This document shows positions 52,278 through 62,147 of a DNA stretch of 62,147 bases, piece by piece (within the stretch, counting starts at the first letter, position 1; each line of letters starts with the position of its first letter). Source of the DNA: Octopus bimaculoides (taxonomy: Eukaryota). Both the position numbers and the translations under genes were made by a program. The stretch lies in NCBI RefSeq assembly GCF_001194135.2, contig NC_068982.1, forward strand, positions 127,601,667 to 127,663,813, in the 5' to 3' direction. The notes under the pieces are model-generated. The model saw only the letters and a list, made by a program, of their open reading frames with translations. It did no database searches and was not told the DNA's origin.

Positions 52278-52999
52278 TATACACACATACATATATATAT
52301 ATATACACACACATATATACATATATAGATATATATACATATATATGTATACATGTATATGTGTGTGTGCGTATGTGTGCATGTATGTATGTATGTGTGT
52401 GTGTATATATATATATGTAGACATTAATATATGCAATTTATATATATAAATATATGTATATACACACATGTATGTATGTGTTTATGTGTGCATGTATGTA
52501 TGTATGTATATTTGTATGTATTTTTGTATATATACACATGCATGCCCATTATACACACACACACACACACATTTGACAGTACAAAGAGGATAACAAAAAG
52601 TAAAATAGTATTTAATATATGTATTTGAGTTTATTCTTGTGAAATAAACCGTTTTCTTGTTACTGCCTCCAGTTTCTCACTCGTAGAGTGTGAGATGAAA
52701 TGGTTTTGTTGTATTTAGCTGTATCCCTTTGCATTCTAAGTTCAAATTTTATTTAAGTCAATTTTGCCTTTCATTCTCACTGCACTCTCACTGCAGTCAA
52801 TAAAACAAAAACCAGTCTTTTTCTCTGGGTTGGACATAAATACCAAACCTTCCATCAAATCCTGTTGTCTTGTGCTTATGTTAGTATGTTTTATATTAAT
52901 ATTGGTTCAAAATTCTGACCCAAGGCCAGTAAATTTAGGGTAAGGATGTAAGTCAATTACCTCAACCCTAATACTCAACTGCTACTTACTTTCATCATA

Positions 53000-53345
53000 T
53001 CATCATCATCGTTTAACGTCCGCTTTCCATGCTAGCATGGGTTGGATGATTTGACTGAGGACTGGTGAACCAGATGGCTACACCAGGCTCCAATCTGATT
53101 TGGCAGAGTTTCAACAGATGGATGCCCTTCCTACCACTCTGAGAGTGTAGTGGGTGCTNNNNNNNNNNACCTGCACAGGAGCCAGTCCATCGGTACTGGT
53201 AACGAACTCGCTCGGATGTCTTTTCAAGTGCCAGGAAAGCGACGTTGGTAACGGTCATACTCAAATGGTGCTATTTACGTGCCACCAGCACGGAAGCCAG
53301 ACAGCTGGTGCTCTGGCAACGATCACACTCGGACGGTGCTCTTAG
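53000..53345 (-). mobile_element. Family-C retroposon copy (10-N gap inside)
   Basis: CATCATCGTTTAACGTCCGCTTTCCATGCTAGC body and three internal units. Confidence 0.85.
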
Positions 53346-53501
53346 TGATTTACTGGAACATTGACTGCAAAATGATGTAAGACAAAATCAACCATGGTGG
53401 AATTTGAACTCAGCACATAAAGATAGATAAAATGCTGCTAAGTATCTTACTCGGTGCACTCACGATTCTGCCAGCTTGTCACCTTATGCTTTATATAGAT
53501 A

Positions 53502-54164
53502 CTAGTTGGCTCTGTGCCATGAAATATGACGACTAATTGTAGTATTTTATATATAAGGTACAAAACCAAGTTATTAGTTTAATAATTCTTTTATTACCAA
53601 ATTTATAATATACCTTTCAACTTCAGTCATATATTCTTGATACATTCAGGCAATAATTATTTTCTCTAATGAGTTTGAATATCTATATGTTTGTGTAGGT
53701 GTGTGTGATTGTAATAATTATTTTTTACAAAACAGTTAGAATATGGATGGTAAATCAAATTAATACACTTGTCAATGTTATCTGGCGGTTGTCTTTTGAG
53801 ATGTGACATCAATCATTGTTTGTTACTGAAAGAACGCTAGTTCATACATACAAACATTCACATACTTCCCTTGTACATGCATACACATACACACATATAC
53901 TCACACAGAGTTGAAACGCTGTTTGATTTTTCTTTTCAGCACTGAATATTCACCATTCCACTTCCATTGCCCGCACACACACACATACATGCACACAAAC
54001 ATTCACACACCTCCCTTTTACGTACATACACATACTCACACAGAGTTGAAATGCTCTCACTACTAGTTTGCCATCACCCCTTGTTTCCTTATTCATCTAT
54101 CATCCCTTCCTTTCTCATTCATATGTTGTGACAGAAAAAAACACAAGAGTAATATTATAGTAGA
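53502..54164 (-). mobile_element. Non-autonomous Helitron copy 2
   Basis: Minus strand A|TCTACTATAATA ... CTAG|T; homologous to 8724-9227; internal ~30-bp duplication (CATACTCACACAGAGTTGAAA). Confidence 0.65.
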
Positions 54165-54514
54165 TTGGTTTCAAATTTTTGGTGCAAGGCCAGCAATTTT
54201 TAGGGGAGGGGGTTAAGTCAATTACATCCACCCTAGTGCTCAACCAGTATGTATTTTATTAATCCTAAAAGGATGAAAGGCAAGATCGATCTTGGCAGAA
54301 TTTGAACTCGGAATGTAAAGAGAGATGAAATGCCACTAAGCTTTATACCCTGGCATGCTCATGATTCTGTCAGCTCACTTCTGCTTTGTATGCTTTATAT
54401 AGTATTGATTAGATATTCTGATGACCCAAAACATAATGATTAGACTGTTCTAAATATAATGCTAATAACATTTTTAAAACATAGTGCCACACCATGACTT
54501 TCAAATACATTTAA

Positions 54515-54737
54515 CCCTTTCGATACCAACCTGATTGAAACTGCCTCTGGCTCTATAGTACAAATGTCTTGTTTTCATAAGTTTTTGAATAAAAATCTTC
54601 CATCAAACTTTAGTCACAATTTATGTTCCTAACACTAGTTTAATGATAACTAAGTTATTTTACTAAATTCTTTGTTATATTTAAAATTAATTGAAAGAAT
54701 CACAGTGTATCTCAAAATAAATATGGTAACAAAAGGG
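54515..54737. mobile_element. piggyBac-type MITE (223 bp) with TTAA TSD
   Basis: TTAA|CCCTTTCGATACCA ... TGGTAACAAAAGGG|TTAA (12/14 TIR match). Confidence 0.88.
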
Positions 54738-55243
54738 TTAATGCTCAGAATTGTTGAATCATGAAATAAACTACATGAATAGCGGTGAGCTGTCTGGACA
54801 CTGCGTCCTTCAAAAATTCTAAGCTTGCCAAAACTACTCATGATGTACCCATGCATTCTCTTCTCTTTATGGCTCTTTTACTGTTTATTTTCCTCTTTCT
54901 GTGTTTTATTCCATGTGCTGTACATGTACTTCTGGCTTTCATTTTTGATTCTTTAACTTACTACTGATTTCTGTTCCCATTCTTACCCTTCAGAAAGTGG
55001 TAATGCACCTGAACTCTATATACAGTATGACCATTGCATTATAATGAAGAAATCCTCATTAAAAGAAAACTATTTAATTATGTAAAAGATTTTATGAAAT
55101 TATTTATACTTGACAGATATGTTCTGATAGTTTCATCATTATTATTATTTTTACAGTTTCTCAATAATTTCAAACATATATATGTATATCTATCTATCTA
55201 TCTATCTATCTATATATGTGTGTGTGTGTATACATATGTGTAT

Positions 55244-55275
<32 letters not shown>

Positions 55276-55355
55276 GTATGTATATCTATATATATGTGTG
55301 TGTGTGTATATATATACAGATATAGATATATATAAACACACACACACACACACAC

Positions 55356-55444
<89 letters not shown>

Positions 55445-57039
55445 TGTATGTATGTATGTATGTGGAAATATATATTGCAGTAAGGTTTGTTAAATGAATT
55501 CAAGATGGATAATAAGAAATGAATTTAGACACAAATTACAGTATACTGCAAGGAAACATTTATTACACCTTCAGAAATTTTATAAAGCAAACTGGTAAGA
55601 CATTTCAATTGTTAAAATATTATAAATATTTAAATGTTCATCAGAAGGTAGAATAAAGTTTAAAGAAAGAATACAGTATCAAAATAATTTTAGTCACTTG
55701 TATTCAGAGGCTGGTAGAAAATACTAAGCTTAACTTCAAAGATTCTGGCTTCAAATCTGTTCAGATTGCAAATTGAAATCAAATTATCTTCACATCAGTG
55801 TCCCTGACTACTCGTAGCAAAAATCTCACCTCTCTCCTGGTTACTTAACATGCCAGAACTTCCTATTTTATAACTGATGAAAAGATGCCAGGTCAGTCCA
55901 TCATGTTAAAGATGTGGGCAGTCCAAGTAAAACTAAATGGATCCAACCATCATGCAGTGAACCAAAATGGGCAGTCAAAAGTAAAAATCTACAATATGGG
56001 TAGCTAAAGTTCACAAGTGCTCATGCTGCTGCTACATATATATATATATATATATATATATAAATGTAAAAACTTACCGTTGACTAAGGCTGCGTGGTGT
56101 TCAATTATTAAATAAATGAAAAAATACGCATTAAGAACAGGACATATTTTTTTCATTTATTTATATATATCTATAATACATTAAGTCAATTTGAATCTTG
56201 CTTGCTTGCAATGTTACCCAGCCAAACTGGTGCATAATGGGAAAATACTATAAATTACGTTTACCCTGAAATGTTAATAGGAATGGAATAAAGAAGCTTC
56301 GTGTAAATCAGACAAGTGATTTTTAAGATATTAGAGGTTTTCAGAGTATAAATACCCAAAGCAGGGCATAATGGGAAAATATTACAAAAATAATCTTAAT
56401 CCTGAAATCTTTCGATTAGACACAGTGACTTGACAACAAAAAATATGATTTGCTTTTTTACAGTAAATGTTTCTATTTTCCCTTTTGTTAAACATAATAT
56501 TTTAATCATTTAGAAATATTAAGTGAATGTGATTTCAAAAATGTAAGTTGCTTGTACAGTAAGTAGTTATATTTTAGCTTTCTTTAAACAGACAATATTC
56601 TAATGCGTTTTAAAATTATTTTCAAGTGAATACCATTGCAAAAATATTTTTGGCATAATTAAAAAATATTTTAAAGTGAAAATGACTTTAAAAATATGGT
56701 AAATATTTCGTAAAAGACCCGTTCATAACCTTGGTGTGAAAGAGTTTTTCAAAAGGATTTTTTCGAGTGCATTCAACATATCTCACCTCCAAAGATTTGG
56801 TTACTATTTCTAGCATGTCCTACTACCACATAACAACTATTTGCAAAAGAGGACCCGAAATACTTGTTACATGGTAGCAGGGCCTGCAAGAAATAGCAAC
56901 CAAATTTTTCCTTTTCTGGGGAAAGGAGCTGTTTATATGTGATTTTGATGTCACATTCAATGAAAGCATGCAAAATAACCTGGAAAAGACAGAAAATAAC
57001 CCACGAAACAAAACTCTGTTGCTGGGAAACTCATAGCCC

Positions 57040-57405
57040 AACTAATTAGGGAGAGAGTCTGCTTAGATGAGATGCAGTACGGTTTTGTGCCAGGCAGAAG
57101 CACCACTGATGCTATCTTTCTGGTAAGACAGCTGCAGGAGAAATACCTAGCCAAATATAAACCTCTGTACCTGGTTTTTGTTAACATGGAGAAAGCCTTT
57201 GACAGAGTCCCCCGATCCCTTATCCGGTGGTCAATGAGGAAACTAGGGATAGAAGAATGGTTAGTGAGAGCTGTGCGAGCCATGTACAGAGACACTTTCA
57301 GTAAGGTGAGGGTTGGCAACAAGTATAGTAAAGAATTCTGGGTAGAAGTAGGGTCCACCAAGGATCACCCTTCATCCCCCTCTTATTCATCATAGTCCTC
57401 CAAGT
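57040..57405 (+). mobile_element. RTE-clade LINE reverse transcriptase fragment
   Basis: QYGFVPGRSTTDAIFLVRQLQEKY...YLVFVNMEKAFDRVPR...WLVRAVRAMY...VRVG...F.VEVG, then a frameshift into the HQGS-PSSPLLFI region. Confidence 0.93.
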
Positions 57406-57665
57406 GATTGTGTTACACCTTGAACACTAGTGTAACTAGAGGTGGGTGGAGGGGCAGTTCACCCTGGGTCACACTTGTATGGGAGCAGCACCACTTTAAG
57501 ATTTACTGCAGGCAATATGTATTTTTTGTGGGAGCCCAGGGGTGGCAAACTGGAGGCAACTAGTGACCTTGGGTTACTGATCTGTTATAGAGCCCCAAGT
57601 TGACCTATGTCTTGTGAAAGAATTTGGTTGACAGAAACTGCAAGGAGCCAGTCATGTGTGTGTGT

Positions 57666-57709
<44 letters not shown>

Positions 57710-58205
57710 ACATGTATTCATGTTCAAATATGTGTGAACATTGATTTTCCTTGCTTGTCACCTGTTGACCAATGTAATGATAATGTTGACATCCCTGTTG
57801 ACATTATGATCAATCACAGTGTGCTTGAAAGACCTCTGGAATAAAAATGTCTTTAGTTAAAACTGATAAGGGTTGGCAACAGGAAGAGCATCTTTAAATA
57901 AAATCCTGTCTCTAATTATAACTCACTATCCAAACCTATGCTGGCTTGGAAAAAAACTGATGTTAAAGGAATGAACATATAAATGTAGATACATGTGCAA
58001 GTATGCAGAGGTGCAAGAGATTAAATGCATGGATGTGAGACCACAAGAAAGAACTTATTGCAAGGTAAGCTAATGAAGAAGCTACCATGCAGTTGCCCAT
58101 TCAACTAGAAACAGCAGCCAAACTTCCAACAAATTACACATCCTTTATATAAAAAATAAAAGGTAACTTAGAAGATGGCAGTCTTAGGTATGCAATGCTC
58201 TAGAG

Positions 58206-58505
58206 CAGTGATTCCCAAACTTTTTCAGGTTGCTACCCACTTGATGCTCGCGCCACCATTCCTAGGGTCCCTCCCCTCACTCAGCACTACAAATGTAGAC
58301 CACTTTCTGCAGCAAATTGAAAACAACTGTATTTCACAAATAAAACTTAACCTAATAAACCCATTTCTTTGGGGTGCGTGTGTGTGGGTTCTTACATCCA
58401 TTGCCCCGTTTTGGCTACCTTATTATTGCCCTACTTTTCTTCAATGCCCCTCTTGATCTTTCTGCCACCCACAGGGGGCAGTACTGCCCACTTTGAGAAC
58501 CATTG
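58206..58505. mobile_element. hAT/Charlie-type MITE (300 bp)
   Basis: TIRs CAGTGATTCCCAAA / TTTGAGAACCATTG; 8-bp TSD CTCTAGAG / CTCTTGAG. Confidence 0.88.
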
Positions 58506-58989
58506 CTCTTGAGAAATACAAGATGATCATTACTAGAATGCTTTGTAAGGTTGATTGTAAGGTTTACTTGATTAAAACTTGTCGTGGGTTAAATAACTCC
58601 AGTTTATTGTAAGTAGTCACTTAACAAGTTTGCAACTGTTACACATGGATTCACCTCAGTAATGAGTTTTTTAATGCAGGATTAGTATAAATCATTTTTT
58701 AATGAAAAGTACCACTACACGTGTACTTACTATTTTGGTTTGTATTGGAAGACAGGCAGTTAAGATGGGTAGAGAGTAGTAAAGTAATTATCTAGATCTT
58801 TGAAGGCAGGTTAGTTGGTAAGTTTACTTCACCTTTGAAAAGGGAGTATATTTTCATGTAATAAACCTTATGCCTTACACATGGGAGCTGGCAAGTATTA
58901 AGAATAACTAAGCAACGTGTTAGAGAGATAAATTATAATTGAGGAAAGTGAGCTTGTAATGATATGGTACATGGTACATTGAATATGTT

Positions 58990-59420
58990 AAACAAGAAGT
59001 ATAAATAGTATAAAGTTCTAATGAGTTTAACAATTTAGAAGGCAGTCCCTGAGCAAGTAGTCCTTCAGCAATGTTGCTTAGATATTTAAAGCTTCATGCT
59101 AGTTAGACGAGTATCTAGGAAGTAGTTGTTGGATTTCTAAATTTGATTACACCATGAAGGAAATATTTATGATGACCAGCTAGCTTTCCAATGTCATTAT
59201 TTAACAGCTACAAAAGCAACAATTCCTCTTTTATATATCGGATTTCAGATATAATACTCAGCAAATAAGAGAAAAATAAAGTTAAGCTGAAAAGGACATA
59301 GTTTATTGGAAGTACTTAGAGAGCAAAATGTTCCATTTTGAATGTATTGATTTGAGAAAGGCAGACATCTATAAATGAACGCAAAAGTTGACTTTGAATA
59401 GGTAACATAATAAAGAATTT
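58990..59420 (+). mobile_element. Possible highly decayed Penelope-like RT remnant
   Basis: Fragments LEGSP*ASSPSAMLL, IYDD and PF(L)NVLI..TSI..RK loosely match the Penelope RT order GxPMGSPLS / YVDD / LPFLDVLI..TSVYRK; many stops and frameshifts. Confidence 0.25.
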
Positions 59421-59814
59421 AAGATTTGGTAAAGTGTCCATCATATTCTATCACAAGTCATCTATTGTTCATCTTTGCACTTTAAATGATTGTCCTTATA
59501 ATACCTAAAATGTCAGTGTCATTTCTGTGTGCAGATAAGCTGGATCTTCTTTATTAGAGGAATGATACACATATAGTACATGCAGGCATGACTATAGGTG
59601 TAAGTATGAGTGTGTGGTAAAGAAGTGTGCTTCACTTTCGCATCCATGTTGTTAGGAGTTTGATTCTACTGCAGGGACGTTGTCAGCTGGCATTCTATAC
59701 TATTGCTACAGGCCAAGCAATACTTTGGGAATGAAATTTGTAGACAGAAACAAGAAATCCGTCATACACACACATACACACACCCACATCACAAACACAC
59801 ACATCATCATGGCC

Positions 59815-60043
59815 ATTGCCATCATCATTTAACGTCTGCTTTTCATGCAGGCATGGGTTGGATGCTTTGATTGAGAACTGGTATGCTGGGAGGCTGCACC
59901 AGGGTCCAATCTGATTTGGCAAGGCTTCTACACCTGGATGCCTTTCCTAATGCCAACAATTCCAAGAGTGTAGTGAGTGCTTTTTATATGCCACCAGCAC
60001 AGGTGCCAGTCAGGCAGCACTGACATCAACCACGCTCAAATGG
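59815..60043 (-). mobile_element. Family-C retroposon copy (left arm of an inverted pair)
   Basis: CATCATTTAACGTCTGCTTTTCATGC...GATGCCTTTCCTAATGCCAAC plus one internal unit; ends in (TA)n. Confidence 0.82.
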
Positions 60044-60087
60044 TATATATATATATATATATGTATGTATATATATATATATGTATG

Positions 60088-60122
<35 letters not shown>

Positions 60123-60398
60123 NNNNNNNNNNNNNNNNNNNNNNNNNNNNNNNNNNNNNNNNNNNNNNNNNNNNNNNNNNNNNNNNNNNNNNNNNNNNNN
60201 NNNNNNNNNNNNNNNNNNNNNNNNNNNNNNNNNNNNNNNNNNNNNNNNNNNNNNNNNNNNNNNNNNNNNNNNNNNNNNNNNNNNNNNNNNNNNNNNNNNN
60301 NNNNNNNNNNNNNNNNNNNNNNNNNNNNNNNNNNNNNNNNNNNNNNNNNNNNNNNNNNNNNNNNNNTATATATATATATATATATACATACATACATG

Positions 60399-60550
60399 TG
60401 GTTGGCATTAGGAAGGACATCCAGCTGTAGAAACTCTGCCAAATCAGATTGGACGCTGGTGTTGCCATCCGGTTTCACAAGTCCTCAGTCAAATCGTCCA
60501 ACCCATGCTAGCATGGAAAGCGGACGTTAGACGATGATGATGATGATGAT
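60399..60550 (+). mobile_element. Family-C retroposon 3' end (right arm of the inverted pair)
   Basis: GGTTGGCATTAGGAAGGACATCC...GCGGACGTTAGACG(GAT)n. Confidence 0.85.
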
Positions 60551-61850
60551 GAAGATGAGTGCTCAACACTGCATTTAGTTGATAATCTCTCACAGCTTTA
60601 TCCTTTGGTAGTAATCTCATATATTTATCCAATTTGGAGATGGATTATTAACATTCTTAAATGGAACATTTGAAAATTGTTTTTTTACACATGATATCAA
60701 TGGCAGATTGTTAATGCACAAATAAAGTATGTGCTTTGTGTGTGTGTATGTATATATGTATAAGTATACATATGTATATACATCTAGATGTATGTGTGTT
60801 TGTATGGGTACACTCATATATTTTCCCTTGTCTTCATGTATGTTAACTCAGTGTAAGAAACAACCTCACTACCAAAAGAGATAGTGTTCTTTGCTTGCAG
60901 TCTACTGTGAATGAATGTCTGGGTTTCTTGAATACTTTAACACACTGCATGATCTTTAAAGCCCCACCACCAAAAACAAAAAAAGAAAAACACACTCATT
61001 CAAATGGCATAGTTTATTTCCAGTTCCCTGCTAAGCTGTTCATTGTACAATAAGCTTGATTGGTTGTTTAGACTTTGGTCAGCTCTGACTGAGCAGATAT
61101 ATGATGAAAGGCACTATAACTATGATATGCCATATTTTTCTATCTCACCATCTGCCTAATCTACTACACTCTCTTTCCTAAACAGTAGGATGTGAACGCA
61201 TGTGGTCTAGTGGTAAAGGTTTTTGGCGTATAATTTTAAGCCTATGGTTTCAATTCCTGGACAGGGCAGTACATTATTGGATCTTTGAGCAAGATACTTC
61301 ATCACCTAACACTTCAGTCAACTCAGCTGTAATTGATCACTAGTCAGGATGCTAGTACAGTTCTGTCTCCCTCATTTCTAATATCTTTAATGTGTAGCTG
61401 GGTTAATGGCGCAGAAGCCAAGAGAATGTCTACATATACACCTAAAACAATTAACAAAAGCATGGTATATGCTGCCAAGTCACATTCATTCACAAGTGAC
61501 ATCTGACTGTACAATAGGGTGTAAGTTGAAGGATATATGGCAGTTAATTTTAGCAAGTCAAGCAAACATATAGCAGTTACTTCATTAGCTTTATAGCATA
61601 TTATAATGTGGCACAGTAACTTTTTGCAATCATTTATCTTATATCTTTTACTTATTTCTGTCATTGGACTGCAGTCATGCTGGGGCACAACCTCAAATGG
61701 TTTTTATTAAGCAAATTGACCTCAGGACCTATGTTTTTTTAAAGTCTGGTTCTTATTTTATAGGTCTCTTTTGACATAAACAAACCAACAGTGGTAGACA
61801 AAGTGGTGGAGTGGGAGGACTAACACAAACACAAAGACAAACGCATGCAT

Positions 61851-61879
<29 letters not shown>

Positions 61880-61882
<3 letters not shown>

Positions 61883-62107
61883 CATCATCATCATCATCGT
61901 TTAACGTCCGTTTTCCATGCTGGCATGGGTTGGACAGTTTGACTGAGGACTGGAAAGCCAGTGGGTGCACCAGGCTTCAATCTGATCTAGTAATGCTTTA
62001 ACGGCTGGATGCCCTTCCTAATGCCAACCACTCCGAAAGTGTAGTGGGTACTTTTCACATGCCACCGGCATGGGAATCAGTCAGGTGGACCTGGCATTGA
62101 TCACGTT

Positions 62108-62110
<3 letters not shown>
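61880..62110 (-). mobile_element. Family-C retroposon copy between (CA)n and (TA)n
   Basis: (CAT)n CGTTTAACGTCCGTTTTCCATGC body plus one unit. Confidence 0.85.

Positions 62111-62147
<37 letters not shown>

Overview
AT-rich, microsatellite-saturated animal genomic DNA from a gapped draft assembly with many N runs. The SINE families and repeat profile resemble an Octopus (coleoid cephalopod) genome; this is my inference, not a database result. I could not identify any protein-coding gene with confidence. Almost every long ORF in the track is a microsatellite or N-gap artefact or a transposon remnant. Supported content: several tRNA-derived SINE families (some with clean TSDs), an abundant (GAT)n-tailed retroposon, remnants of R4/Dong-like, RTE, CR1/L2 and Ty3/Gypsy elements, DD37D (maT) mariner copies, a FLYWCH-MULE transposase split by a SINE, piggyBac, hAT and Tc1 MITEs, and two non-autonomous Helitrons. 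The most interesting signals are: (i) minimal hammerhead-ribozyme motifs of the Penelope-like type, one with an intact core (25797-25840) and an inverted pair (43490-43783); (ii) a variable-number array of ~65-nt structured units (hairpin plus putative H-type pseudoknot, with covariation) inside the (GAT)n-tailed retroposon; (iii) apparent microsatellite-targeted insertion by two retroelement families; and (iv) a tentative chain of small plus-strand exons downstream of a CpG-rich start region.
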